From contig CAXXMR010000014.1 in the NCBI GenBank assembly GCA_963663805.2, forward strand, positions 28,030 to 92,029: a stretch of 64,000 nucleotides of DNA, in the 5' to 3' direction. The first letter of the stretch is position 1. Each line of letters opens with the position of its first letter. A program made the position numbers and the translations under genes. The notes under the pieces were generated by a model. That model saw nothing but the letters and a program-made list of their open reading frames with translations. It ran no database searches and had not been told where the DNA came from. Positions 9,607 through 19,581 of the stretch are shown here, in pieces. The DNA is from Sedimentisphaerales bacterium (lineage in GTDB: Bacteria; Planctomycetota; Phycisphaerae; Sedimentisphaerales; SM23-30).

Positions 9607-11946
9607 CTAACCATTGAAATCATCAAAATCATCATCCATAGGAAGGGCTTTTTGCGCCGCGGCCGCAACCGGTTTGGTTCCGGAACCGGAATGACTTGCT
9701 ATCCGATGGAAAGCATGGTCGGAATGACTCAGTCCTTTACCGCCAATCGAGGCCCTACCGGTTTGACGTTTGGATGCCCCACCTACCAGAGTTACCAGTT
9801 CCTGAACGGCCAGTTTCATCTGCTCAGCCTGAGCGGAAAGTTCCTCGGAAGCGCTGGCGGATTCTTCGGCGTTGGCAGCGTTCTGCTGGGTTACCGTATC
9901 CATCTGGCGCATGGCAGTATTGACCTGCTCGATTCCCTGGGCCTGTTCGTTGGAGGCGATAGCGATTTCGCTGACCAGGTCGGTGGTTTTGCCGATGCCG
10001 GTCACGATTTCACCGAGTGCCTTGGCGACTTCGCTGGTGATTTCCACGCCGTTCTGAGCATTCTTGACCGATTCTTCGATCATAGCAGAAGTGTTTTTAG
10101 CAGCTTCGGCTGAGCGCATAGCGAGGTTACGAACTTCCTCAGCGACGACGGCGAAACCTTTACCGGCTTCACCGGCGCGGGCTGCTTCGACGGCGGCATT
10201 AAGTGCCAGCAGATTTGTCTGGAAGGCGATTTCGTCGATAACCTTGATAATCTTGGCAGTCTCGTCGCTGCTGCGTTGGATTTCATTGATGGCACCGCTC
10301 ATGCGTTCCATCGACTGCGAACCGCTGTCGGCTGCTTTGCTGGCTTCGGTTGCCAAACCGTTGGCCTGCTGAGCGTTGTCGGCGTTTTGCTTGACCATGG
10401 TGGCCATCTCTTCGAGCGAGGAAGAAGTTTCTTCCAGGGAGGCGGCCTGCTCGGTCGAACCTTCAGCCAAAGACTGCGAAGCGGCAGAGACCTGACCTGA
10501 GGCAGAAGCAACCTGTTCGGCACCTTCGTTTAGACCTTCGATAATACGATTGAGCAGTTTGGTTATACTGCCGGTGATATAGAAGGCCGACAGAATGGCG
10601 ATTAAGGTACCGATTGCCAGACCGACAATCATAATCGTGGAACTGGTTGCCAATGACGACGCGGCGTCTTTGGCGATAGTCTCGGTCTGGGTCATACCTG
10701 CTTCGGCGGTGGTTTTGCAAGCTTCGATAACCTTAGCACCGGCTTCGCTGCGTAATCCGCTCAATTCCTGGAGTCTGGTCCATTTATCAAGGAATGTCGA
10801 AAGAGCCTTGGCGTAATTGTTACCGGCATTTTGAGTGTTATCAATTCGTTTCAGGTCATCTTCCAGCCGAGTGATTTTCCGCAAGTCATCATATTTGGCA
10901 TCAAGTTTGGGGAAGTTTTCCAGAGCAGCCTTTATGATAGGTGGCGAACGCAATGCCTGCGATTTGTAGGCATTGATACGAGCGTCATTACCCAGGTCAA
11001 TTATATCATTTACGAGAGAGATTTTTTCATGGCGTTCGAGCATTTCTTTGTTAAGAGCATTCTGCTGGCTTTCCAGGAAATTCTGGCAGTTCTGAACGTA
11101 TTTAGCGGCGTTGTCATCCATCTTTGTCCGGAATTTGGTTATTTCCTCGGCACTGGCGGCATCGCCCTTCTTAAACTCTTCCAGGAAAGACTTCATCGCC
11201 TGACCATAAGTCTGGCCCGCGGTTTCAATAGCCTGAATCTGGTCCAGATTGACCTTCTGCTTCGTTATGGGGCGAATTTCTGCAATATGTTTGCCCAGCC
11301 CGTCTAACATTGAAATGGCATTTTGCATCAAGTCGGCATCAGCGGTTGCCTGGGCTTTGAAGTTTGTTACCCGAACGTTAGTACCCAAATCAACAATACC
11401 GGTTACGATTTCGATTTTCTTTTGACGGTCCTCGAGGTCGCGTTTGAAGGCCTGATTTTGTCCTTCGAGGAATTCAGCGCAATTCTGCATATAAGTCGCG
11501 GCATTTTCATCAAGTTTCTTTCTTTCGTCATTCAGCAGGGTAATGGTAGACTCTGTTTCCTGCATGAGTTTTTCATATTCATTTACCGCTTGTGTGGCAG
11601 TATCGACCTGGCCTTTGAGAGCCTTGAGATATACAGCCCTGTCAGCCAGGGCGGAGGCCTCTTGCAGATGCCCTCTGACAGTTTCCATCTCCGCCTGGGC
11701 CTTGTCATAGAAGTCCTGTTCTTCGGTATATCCATAACCGCGCATTTCATACATAACCCGGTTGGAAGCGCCGCGGAGTTCGTTGGCCACTTTTACTTCC
11801 GGGACATATTCCTGGTCAAGTTTGAGGGAGTTGTTTTTAGCGGTCAGCATACTCCAGACTCCCAGGCCGCCCAGGGCGACAGCTATCAATACTACAACAA
11901 AAAAACCTAACGCGATTCTTTTACCCAATGTCATTTGACTACCCAT
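9607..11946 (-). CDS. methyl-accepting chemotaxis protein with a duplicated helical periplasmic sensor
   Basis: Conserved signalling hairpin [38 protein letters not shown]. Two TM segments flank a ~430-aa sensor with two similar helical modules. The ORF extends to 11985, but the ATG at 11946 with an upstream AAGGA is the likelier start. Confidence 0.9.
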   Translation of the reverse strand: MGSQMTLGKRIALGFFVVVLIAVALGGLGVWSMLTAKNNSLKLDQEYVPEVKVANELRGASNRVMYEMRGYGYTEEQDFYDKAQAEMETVRGHLQEASALADRAVYLKALKGQVDTATQAVNEYEKLMQETESTITLLNDERKKLDENAATYMQNCAEFLEGQNQAFKRDLEDRQKKIEIVTGIVDLGTNVRVTNFKAQATADADLMQNAISMLDGLGKHIAEIRPITKQKVNLDQIQAIETAGQTYGQAMKSFLEEFKKGDAASAEEITKFRTKMDDNAAKYVQNCQNFLESQQNALNKEMLERHEKISLVNDIIDLGNDARINAYKSQALRSPPIIKAALENFPKLDAKYDDLRKITRLEDDLKRIDNTQNAGNNYAKALSTFLDKWTRLQELSGLRSEAGAKVIEACKTTAEAGMTQTETIAKDAASSLATSSTIMIVGLAIGTLIAILSAFYITGSITKLLNRIIEGLNEGAEQVASASGQVSAASQSLAEGSTEQAASLEETSSSLEEMATMVKQNADNAQQANGLATEASKAADSGSQSMERMSGAINEIQRSSDETAKIIKVIDEIAFQTNLLALNAAVEAARAGEAGKGFAVVAEEVRNLAMRSAEAAKNTSAMIEESVKNAQNGVEITSEVAKALGEIVTGIGKTTDLVSEIAIASNEQAQGIEQVNTAMRQMDTVTQQNAANAEESASASEELSAQAEQMKLAVQELVTLVGGASKRQTGRASIGGKGLSHSDHAFHRIASHSGSGTKPVAAAAQKALPMDDDFDDFNG

Positions 11947-12063
11947 GGTACAGTTCCTTTCTGATATATTTCTTAAAACTACCAATTACACATAAAACTC
12001 ACATTCTATTTTCCCGACCGAATGCCTCTACGCTTTTTCGGCGTGAGCCCCGAAATAACTATA

Positions 12064-13641
12064 TCATAGGCCCCTCTCCGTTGTTTTTTCGATAAGATTC
12101 AAGGTCATGTTAAAACTAGAAAGGTTTTCCGTAAAACCGTTATTAACCGCTACGCCTTCCTGCTGGAGCATAATTGATTGCACAATTTCCCCGGCATTGG
12201 CGGCCTGAGCGGATGAACCAAGATATTGATTGTTTTGGTCATTATTCTTCCAGACGACCTCCAGGTCATCGTTTTGATAATCGTATATCATCGCAGCCGA
12301 GGTCGCCTGAGGGTTGTGGAAGACCTGGATCTGAGCCAACTGATAGCCTTCCTCGACTATCTTGTCGATAATATTCAGCGTGCTCTCCAGATGAGGGGCT
12401 ACTACGGTAAAGACCAGTTGTCTTTTTTCGCTGGGATATATATCAAAACTTTCAATACGTTTAATCATCTGCCCCAGCAGATTTGTTCCGTCAGCACCGT
12501 ACAGTTTGTCACGAGGGCTGACATGGGCCAGATAGGCAAATTTTTTGGGATGCGAAATGAGCAGTCCAGTGCAGGTTGAAATTCCAAAAGTTTCAAGGAT
12601 CTGCCCCTGTGAGGCCTTGAGAAATTCGTCCATATCTACCAGCATCACGGGTTTGTGGCCTTTGAGCCTGGTCTGGCAGGTGGCCGCTATACCAGGATTC
12701 TGGAGGTTTTGCAGGAGCTTATCCGCGTAAAACCTGCGATGCTGAACGTAATGGTCGGTAGTTATTTCGTCCATATCGACCTTAGCAACGGCGAGCCATG
12801 GCGTCCCCATATATTCGACAACCTCAAATGATGTTAATGCTGTACGTCCCCGATAGTCTGTCACTACTCGATGCCCCTGCCCATCCGCAAACTTGGTCTG
12901 AATATTGCGATCGTCAAGACGTTTTTCCAGGATGGTCGATGCGCCTGTAAAATTAGACTCTGTGAGCATGATGCCTTCCTGATTGACCAGGAACGTCTCT
13001 CCGGTTTCGCCGAGGTCTTCGGTCCAGGCAAAAAGTGAATTAATTTTATTAATGGCACATTGCAGAACAATCCACCCCATAAATTCACTGTCACGAAATA
13101 TAGGCTCAACGAAAAAGGCGGCCGGCTCGTCCGACGGACCGTAATTGTGAAAGTCAACGAAACACTCGGTCTTAGGTGCCGAATCAAGACATTGGGCCAG
13201 CGCACTTTCCTTGAAGTCGCTGTCATGCAGATTCGCCATAAAATCCGCTTCCTTGCGGATGGAATAAAATACATTGCCCTGGCCGTCTACAAAAAGAATG
13301 TCATAGAAAGTAAAATAGTTTTCGATGTAATAGCGATTAAATCCATCCCTGAGCTTCTTAATTCTATCTCGCAGTTCTCCGGGCATATCTTCCTGAGTTT
13401 GGGCCAGGGCAAATTTAAGATTTACCTCAAAAAAAGCCAATACCTTCTGGTCCTCCCTCGCCTCCTGTGCCAGATTGTGCATACGGTCGGTGAATCGCTG
13501 CAACTGTTGAATTTTTTCATTGCGGGCATAATCCAGCCGCACCAGCGCCCAATCGTAAGGGCTCTTATCCGCTCGACTCTCGGCGTTGAGAATCATTACT
13601 AGCGTCAGAGCTAAAATTGTTATTATTTTGTAGTGTTTCAT
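12064..13641 (-). CDS. extracytoplasmic Cache-domain protein with a CheD-like C-terminal domain
   Basis: Signal peptide (ILALTLVMILNAESRA). Double-Cache-like motifs (YDILFVDGQGNVFYSIRKEADF, PAAFFVEPIF, GETGETFLVNQEGIMLTES). There is no second TM. The C-terminal ~190 aa contains FGISTCTGLLISHPKKFAYLAHV, which resembles the CheD Cys...His catalytic segment. Confidence 0.6.
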   Translation of the reverse strand: MKHYKIITILALTLVMILNAESRADKSPYDWALVRLDYARNEKIQQLQRFTDRMHNLAQEAREDQKVLAFFEVNLKFALAQTQEDMPGELRDRIKKLRDGFNRYYIENYFTFYDILFVDGQGNVFYSIRKEADFMANLHDSDFKESALAQCLDSAPKTECFVDFHNYGPSDEPAAFFVEPIFRDSEFMGWIVLQCAINKINSLFAWTEDLGETGETFLVNQEGIMLTESNFTGASTILEKRLDDRNIQTKFADGQGHRVVTDYRGRTALTSFEVVEYMGTPWLAVAKVDMDEITTDHYVQHRRFYADKLLQNLQNPGIAATCQTRLKGHKPVMLVDMDEFLKASQGQILETFGISTCTGLLISHPKKFAYLAHVSPRDKLYGADGTNLLGQMIKRIESFDIYPSEKRQLVFTVVAPHLESTLNIIDKIVEEGYQLAQIQVFHNPQATSAAMIYDYQNDDLEVVWKNNDQNNQYLGSSAQAANAGEIVQSIMLQQEGVAVNNGFTENLSSFNMTLNLIEKTTERGL

Positions 13642-13670
13642 GTAGGCTTACCGTTTTGTGGGCGATGCGA

Positions 13671-14198
13671 TTAGTTATCGGTTCCGGCACACTCTTTTGT
13701 CAGGGGTATCAGATTTTCATTGCCCAGAACCGCGTCGATGTCTAAAAGAATCTTTACGGAACTTCCTATCTTGCCCATCCCCAGGATAAAACTGGTATCT
13801 ACGGAAGTGCCAAAACGAGGAGCGTCTTCGATTTGCTCACTGGCAATATCCAAAACTTCCTGAACCCGGTCAACTACGATCCCCGTATTTACTTGACGGT
13901 CATCCAGATTGATTTCGACCACGATGATGCAAGTTTCGTCGTCGGTTTCTACCTTCTCCATTCCAAATTTAACCCGCAGGTCGATTACTGGAATTACCTG
14001 TCCGCGCAGATTAATTACCCCGCGAACATGTTCGGGCGTCTTGGGGACCGCGGTAACATCGATATAACCGATGATTTCCCGGACCTTGAGAATCTCCAGA
14101 CCGTACTCTTCGTTTCCCAGAGCAAAACTGAGATATTTACCCTCGGTGGACTGGCTGGCTTGCCTGATTTGTTCCGCTATTGCCGCTGTTTCTGACAT
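13671..14198 (-). CDS. cheW: chemotaxis coupling protein CheW
   Basis: 175 aa CheW-like domain (YLSFALGNEEYGLEILKVREI, VINLRGQVIPVIDLR). Confidence 0.9.
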   Translation of the reverse strand: MSETAAIAEQIRQASQSTEGKYLSFALGNEEYGLEILKVREIIGYIDVTAVPKTPEHVRGVINLRGQVIPVIDLRVKFGMEKVETDDETCIIVVEINLDDRQVNTGIVVDRVQEVLDIASEQIEDAPRFGTSVDTSFILGMGKIGSSVKILLDIDAVLGNENLIPLTKECAGTDN

Positions 14199-14719
14199 GA
14201 CTAATCTCCTGAGTTACTACTCAACCTGTATTAGCTGCATTCGTTCACTAACTCTTCTTTGTACCTTCAAAACTATTGTGTTTTGCCCAACTGCAATAGT
14301 TGGCATGATTTCGGCAAACACAATGCCTACATCTCCTGTCGACCTAAAAACCGGGACATATAGAAAAAATATTGTTCTGCTTATAAGACCAAAAGCTTTT
14401 TTTAATAATCCCCGCAGGCAAGCTTCATCACTAATTACTTGAGAACAAAAGCGTTATCACCAAACACCCACCTCGTCTATCATTAAAAAACTCATTATTT
14501 CTATTAGTCTGTCACATTGATGTTCTACAAATTTCAATGACCTTATCCGATAACAAATTCCGGAAAAATTTTCCACCTGGAAATATCGGACAGAATAACA
14601 CTAAAACGGACCAAGTAATGTAAGTGCGAGTGGTGATGTCAAAACACAAAAGGCCGACCAAGTGATGAAACTCAGCCGGCCCGATAATCTAATCAGCCCC
14701 AATTTATTCAAACAACGTT

Positions 14720-16687
14720 TTATGAGCTAAAATCGCCAAAGTCATCATCCATAGGAATAGCGTGCCTTACTCGGGCTGAACCGGAGTTTTTCGCAGCGGA
14801 GGCGATTCTATGATAGGCGTTATCAACGCTGCCCATGCCGCCTTTGTTTTTATGCACTGACCTGTTTTGATTTGAGGAACCACCCACCAGGTCCACCAGC
14901 TCCTGTACAATCTGATTCATTTGCCCGGCCTGAGCGGAAAGTTCCTCAGAAGCACTGGCGGACTCTTCGGCATTGGCGGCGTTCTGCTGGGTCACAGTAT
15001 CCATCTGACGCATAGCGGTATTAACCTGCTCGATGCCCTGAGCCTGCTCACGAGAAGCAGCGGCAATTTCGCTCACCAGCTCAGTGGTTTTGCTTACTCC
15101 GTCAACAATTCCGTTCAAGGCCTTGGCGACTTCCTGAGTAATATCTACGCCGTTCTGAGCATTCTTGACCGATTCTTCGATCATCGCCGAGGTGTTCTTC
15201 GCGGCTTCGGCAGAACGCATTGCCAGATTGCGAACTTCTTCCGCCACGACGGCAAAACCTTTACCGGCTTCACCGGCACGGGCAGCCTCTACGGCCGCGT
15301 TCAGGGCCAGCAAGTTTGTCTGGAAGGCAATCTCGTCAATAACCTTGATAATCTTGGCGGTCTCGTCACTGCTGCGTTGGATTTCGTTGATGGCACCGCT
15401 CATGCGTTCCATCGACTGGGAACCATCATCGGCAGCCTGACGAGCGGTGTCCGCCAGAGAGTTGGCTTGCTGGGCATTATCCGCGTTCTTTTTGACCATG
15501 GTAGCCATTTCTTCCAGAGAAGCCGATGTCTCCTGCAAAGATGCCGCCTGTTCCGTCGAACCTTCCGCCAGCGACTGCGAGGCCGAAGACACCTGGCCTG
15601 ATGCCGAAGCGACCTGTTCGGAACCTTCAGTAAGACCTGCGATAATTCGATTGATAGGCCGGGTTATACCCAAAGCCAGGAAGATGCCCAAAAATACCGC
15701 TAATGCCACACCAATGGCCAAGGCCGTCAGCATTATAAAAGTACTCCGACCAGCGGCCTGCTCACCGGCATGGGCCGCTTCTTCAGACATCTCGTGATTT
15801 AATGCGATAATCTTATCGAGAACTTTATATGCTCTATCCTGTTTGTCGCGACAGGTAACCATGGCTTGTTCGCCTATGCCGCGATACAACTCCTGAGCAC
15901 GACCGATTTCATCACGAATAGTCGTGAATCCGGAGAAAACATTTTCGGCCACGGGAAGCAACTGTTTGTAAGATTCAACGGCCTGTTCCTGCTGCGAGCT
16001 ACTGTGGTTCTGTTTGGCTTCTTTTACCAACTCATGAAAACGTTCGTGGGCCTTGCTCATTTGACTAATGGAATTATTGATATGGTCATTATCCGTCTTA
16101 AATTGTGCCGCCCATTTGCCGAAACGACAAGCAGAATGACTTTCTCCACCCTCAAATTCCTTACCCTCATAAACAAGGTTCGCTACACTACCGATTGCCT
16201 TGTAATGGTCGCCGCGAAAACCTTCCAGATATTCCTGCATGAGGTCTGGATTGAGAACATCAATCTTGTCCAACTCCTGGCAATATTCGGTAAATTTATT
16301 ATTCTCTATCTTCCATTCATCAATAGCCTTGCCAAACTCATCCCAAAGCGTTAGCTCTTCGGGAGTATGGGGCAAACCCTCATATTCTTTCCAGGCAGCC
16401 AGATAACCATCACGTGCTTTGGCGATATTTTCATACTGGCGTTGGCGAGCCGATTTGTCCAAAGCGGTGCTGAGCAAAGTACGCTGGGCAGCCTTTAGAA
16501 AATTGAGTTCCTGTTTGATTTCCAGTACAGACTGAACGCTCGGCATACGAACCGCACTCATTTCATCCAAATGTCCCCTAAGGGTTCCAAGCCCGACAAA
16601 CCCCACCAGCCCGATAATAGTGGCGATAACCGCTACTACTAAAAAACCCATGATAAGTTTCGCACTCAATCTCATGTTCTTGAACAT
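14720..16687 (-). CDS. methyl-accepting chemotaxis protein with a CZB-like motif in the periplasmic sensor
   Basis: The signalling domain is near-identical at protein level to the MCP at 9607. The sensor between the two TMs contains [10 protein letters not shown] ... [10 protein letters not shown] (a CZB-type HxxxC plus His motif). The ORF extends to 16732, but the ATG at 16687 preceded by AGGAGA is the likelier start. Confidence 0.9.
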   Translation of the reverse strand: MFKNMRLSAKLIMGFLVVAVIATIIGLVGFVGLGTLRGHLDEMSAVRMPSVQSVLEIKQELNFLKAAQRTLLSTALDKSARQRQYENIAKARDGYLAAWKEYEGLPHTPEELTLWDEFGKAIDEWKIENNKFTEYCQELDKIDVLNPDLMQEYLEGFRGDHYKAIGSVANLVYEGKEFEGGESHSACRFGKWAAQFKTDNDHINNSISQMSKAHERFHELVKEAKQNHSSSQQEQAVESYKQLLPVAENVFSGFTTIRDEIGRAQELYRGIGEQAMVTCRDKQDRAYKVLDKIIALNHEMSEEAAHAGEQAAGRSTFIMLTALAIGVALAVFLGIFLALGITRPINRIIAGLTEGSEQVASASGQVSSASQSLAEGSTEQAASLQETSASLEEMATMVKKNADNAQQANSLADTARQAADDGSQSMERMSGAINEIQRSSDETAKIIKVIDEIAFQTNLLALNAAVEAARAGEAGKGFAVVAEEVRNLAMRSAEAAKNTSAMIEESVKNAQNGVDITQEVAKALNGIVDGVSKTTELVSEIAAASREQAQGIEQVNTAMRQMDTVTQQNAANAEESASASEELSAQAGQMNQIVQELVDLVGGSSNQNRSVHKNKGGMGSVDNAYHRIASAAKNSGSARVRHAIPMDDDFGDFSS

Positions 16688-17105
16688 CTTTGGTTCTCCT
16701 ATGCAAGAAACCTGATAATCATCTTTCCACAATTTTTTTTCGACAAATCAACAAACTACAGCTACATCTTGACTCCCACCTTCTGGTATATTTGTCGGCA
16801 ACAACCCCACACATATAGAAGTTAAAAATATATAAAAACTTTTATATTTAAGTGGTACCATTATCAAGGTAGAGGTCCGACCAAAATCAAAGACCTTGGC
16901 CAGAAAAGAGTTATGACAGCATAATCGAATGATTCGTCCCTGGCAAAAACATATCATATCGCAAGAGTGGGATATAAGCCAAAGCCGATACTCCGATAAT
17001 CTTTTCCGCCTCTCGCTAAAAATAAAAAAAGCCCGGTCTATTCAAAAGTAAGTTTCCGGCCAAGTACACCTTGGCTGACAATTGGTGGATTGCGGTTGGG
17101 GCGGG

Positions 17106-18632
17106 TTAATTTTGCGGGGTTTTCCAGTTGGCGGGCAGGAGGGTGTCGATTTGGTTGGCGCCGGTGGTGGAGATTTTTCTGAGGACATAATTGAAATACG
17201 CGAATGGGTCGTGATTGTGGAGTTTGCAGCCGGCGACCAGGCTGTAGATTATGGCGGCGCGTTCGGCTCCAGCTTCGCTGCCGGCGAACATATAATTTTT
17301 TCGGCCAATGACTACCATTCTCAGCGTTCGTTCCGAAAGATTATTATCGATGCTCAGCCGTGGGTCGCTGGTATAGCGGACCAGGGCATCCCACTGGTTC
17401 AGGGCGTAGGTGACGGCTTTGCCCATATTATTTTTAGGCAGAACCTGTCCCTGATACTCATCCAGCTTCGCCCGGATTTCGGCAAAGATCGGCAGGGCTT
17501 CTTCCTGGCGGGCTTGCAAAAGTTGCTCCGGCGAATATTTTTCCGCTTTTGCCCGTCGCTCGATTTCATAAAGCTTACCCCAGAGCACCATAAAATGTGC
17601 CGCCCGCACCGGGTCGCTGTCTAAAGCGTATTCAAACTTCCGCCGCGCATGCGCATTACAAGCCACCTCAACGGCATCGGTAGCCCGAAACAGTTCATCA
17701 TAGCCGCTATAAGCATCGGCATGCACAAAACCCTGATAATCTCTGCCGATAAAATTTAGCGGACCTTCGCGCGAACGCGTCGGCGTAAAATCAAACGCCA
17801 CATTATAATCAGTATCGATATAAACCCACAAATAGCCCTTATACGTGGATCCTTTACGGTTTTTGCTCTTGATGGGGATGGAGGTATCATCGGTATAAAT
17901 GATTTCCGACTGCTGAATCTTCTCCCGCATACGTTTGACCAGCGGCTCCAGCAGTTCAGCGCAACTGCCCACCCAGTCGCACATGGTTGAGACGTTGATT
18001 TCCACGCCGTGCCGCTTAATAATACCTTCCAGACGGTTCAACGGCTGGTGGTCCGCATACTTGCTCGTTATGATATACGCCAGCAAACCTTCAGCGGGAA
18101 TGCCTTTGTCGATCGCCATGGGCGGCAGTTCGCCAATCGAGATATTATTCTCGCAAACCTTGCAGGCGTATTTGCTTCTGACATAACGCTGAACATAAAA
18201 AGATGCGGGCACATAATCCAGCTTTTCGGTTACTTCCTCGCCGATACGTTCTTTTTCGTTATGGCATACCGGGCAGGTTTTTTCTTCTTCGGCAGGTTCA
18301 ATGTCGATAGTTTCGCGGCGCAAATTTTCCGGCAGCGGCTTGCGGCCTTGATGATTAGCATTCTTACGGCCTTTGACAACCTTGGCGCGTGAGGGCTTCT
18401 GCTGTTCAATCTTCTGTTGAACTTCCTCGTAAAGATTTTCAAACAACAAACGCTGAGCCGGATCGAGCTTTTCGCTTTTCTTGCCGAACAACTGCCGCTT
18501 GAGATAATACAACTGGCCGCTGAGATCATCAATCTGACCCAACAGCGTCAGAACCATCTCTTTAAGAGTGGCAACATCATCGGGAAGCTGCTCGACAGAG
18601 CTTTGAGCGGTTATCTTTTCAGCCATCATCAA
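17106..18632 (-). CDS. tnpC: IS66 family transposase TnpC
   Basis: 508 aa with an N-terminal leucine-zipper-like region, a zinc-finger pair (CPVCHNE ... CKVCEN), DDE region (IYTDDTSIPI) and the DNNLSERTLR motif. Confidence 0.9.
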   Translation of the reverse strand: MMMAEKITAQSSVEQLPDDVATLKEMVLTLLGQIDDLSGQLYYLKRQLFGKKSEKLDPAQRLLFENLYEEVQQKIEQQKPSRAKVVKGRKNANHQGRKPLPENLRRETIDIEPAEEEKTCPVCHNEKERIGEEVTEKLDYVPASFYVQRYVRSKYACKVCENNISIGELPPMAIDKGIPAEGLLAYIITSKYADHQPLNRLEGIIKRHGVEINVSTMCDWVGSCAELLEPLVKRMREKIQQSEIIYTDDTSIPIKSKNRKGSTYKGYLWVYIDTDYNVAFDFTPTRSREGPLNFIGRDYQGFVHADAYSGYDELFRATDAVEVACNAHARRKFEYALDSDPVRAAHFMVLWGKLYEIERRAKAEKYSPEQLLQARQEEALPIFAEIRAKLDEYQGQVLPKNNMGKAVTYALNQWDALVRYTSDPRLSIDNNLSERTLRMVVIGRKNYMFAGSEAGAERAAIIYSLVAGCKLHNHDPFAYFNYVLRKISTTGANQIDTLLPANWKTPQN

Positions 18633-18745
18633 TCCGTAACGTTTAGTAACTTCGTCATCCTTAACGATGAGATTATGATAAGCGAAATGATGAAAAAAGC
18701 AAGCATAAAAATGAGAAAATATGTAATATTCTTAACTCTAAGAGC

Positions 18746-19105
18746 CTATAGCGAGCTTTTACGCTCATAGCGTTTTCGGCGGCGACTGCGAAATAAATCA
18801 ATGCCTTCCAGTATCCAGCTTAGCTTGGCAATATCAACTTCGATTGATGCCTGATTATTTTTGCCGGGGATTTTTTCAAACGTGCCTTCCTCCAGCCGCT
18901 TATACCAAACGACGAATCCGGTGCGGTCCCAGAAAAGAATCTTACATTTGTCGCCGCGTTTATTGAAGAACACAAACAGATGGCCGCTGAACGAATCTTG
19001 AAGCATGAAGTTTTCCGCCAGCATCGAAAGCTTGTTAAAACCGCAACGCATATCCGTCGGCTGAGAGTAAATGAAAATCTTCACCGCCGGGGGCAGAGTT
19101 AGCAT
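18746..19105 (-). CDS. tnpB: IS66 family accessory protein TnpB (IS66 Orf2)
   Basis: 119 aa (PTDMRCGFNKLSMLA, LFVFFNKRGDKCKILFWDRTGF). Overlaps tnpA by 7 nt. Confidence 0.85.
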   Translation of the reverse strand: MLTLPPAVKIFIYSQPTDMRCGFNKLSMLAENFMLQDSFSGHLFVFFNKRGDKCKILFWDRTGFVVWYKRLEEGTFEKIPGKNNQASIEVDIAKLSWILEGIDLFRSRRRKRYERKSSL

Positions 19106-19449
19106 AGCTTTGCCTGTTTTAGCGCGGAAAGAACGCCGGTTAAAAATGCATCGTCGATATTTGAAGGTATCCGCAATGTATGGCCAGCCGCCAGAACAAG
19201 CTCCAGAGAACCGGGCTGGGACGGGGGCATCGAAACGCGAATGAAGGCCTCCGGCTGCGCCTCTGACTTGCTGTCGTAATCAGAGTTTCGGGCTTGGGTC
19301 AGACGCCTGCGCCAGGAATAAAAAGATGGCTCAGATAAACCTTCCTGCCGACAAAACTGACGAACGGATAACCCACTGGATTGAAATGTCTCCAGCACCA
19401 TCCGCCAAAACTGCCGCTGTTCCGTATCAGATTTTCGCGCTTTGCCCAT
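19099..19449 (-). CDS. tnpA: IS66 family accessory protein TnpA (Orf1, HTH)
   Basis: 116 aa with a helix-turn-helix-like N-terminus (FQSSGLSVRQFCRQEGLSEPSFYSWRRRL). It is in the first position of the IS66 operon. Confidence 0.8.
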   Translation of the reverse strand: MGKARKSDTEQRQFWRMVLETFQSSGLSVRQFCRQEGLSEPSFYSWRRRLTQARNSDYDSKSEAQPEAFIRVSMPPSQPGSLELVLAAGHTLRIPSNIDDAFLTGVLSALKQAKLC

Positions 19450-19581
19450 GATTGCCTCTCCATTAAATCATGAGCCGTATTATCAATTTTTCAAAGAACC
19501 CCGCAAGATGCACTTGGCCGGAACCTTACGTTCAAAAGACCAGGCTTAGAGGGATTTTTGAGTATGGTTATAGCAACGTTA

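Larger units (their letters stand above)
17048..19529 (-). mobile_element. IS66-family insertion sequence, apparently intact (tnpA-tnpB-tnpC)
   Basis: Imperfect terminal inverted repeats GTAAGTTTCCGGCCAAGTACA (17048-) and the reverse complement of TGCACTTGGCCGGAACCTTAC (-19529). It is flanked by duplicated TTCAAAA (17041-17047 and 19531-19537; 7 of 8 positions match if an 8-bp TSD is assumed). It carries three IS66-type ORFs. Confidence 0.9.

Noticed and set aside
14301-14316. Sigma-54-like TGGCAT-N-GGCA element upstream of the che operon
   Set aside because: The GG-to-GC spacing is off by one from the -24/-12 consensus. The element is also on the plus strand, whereas the operon is on the minus strand.
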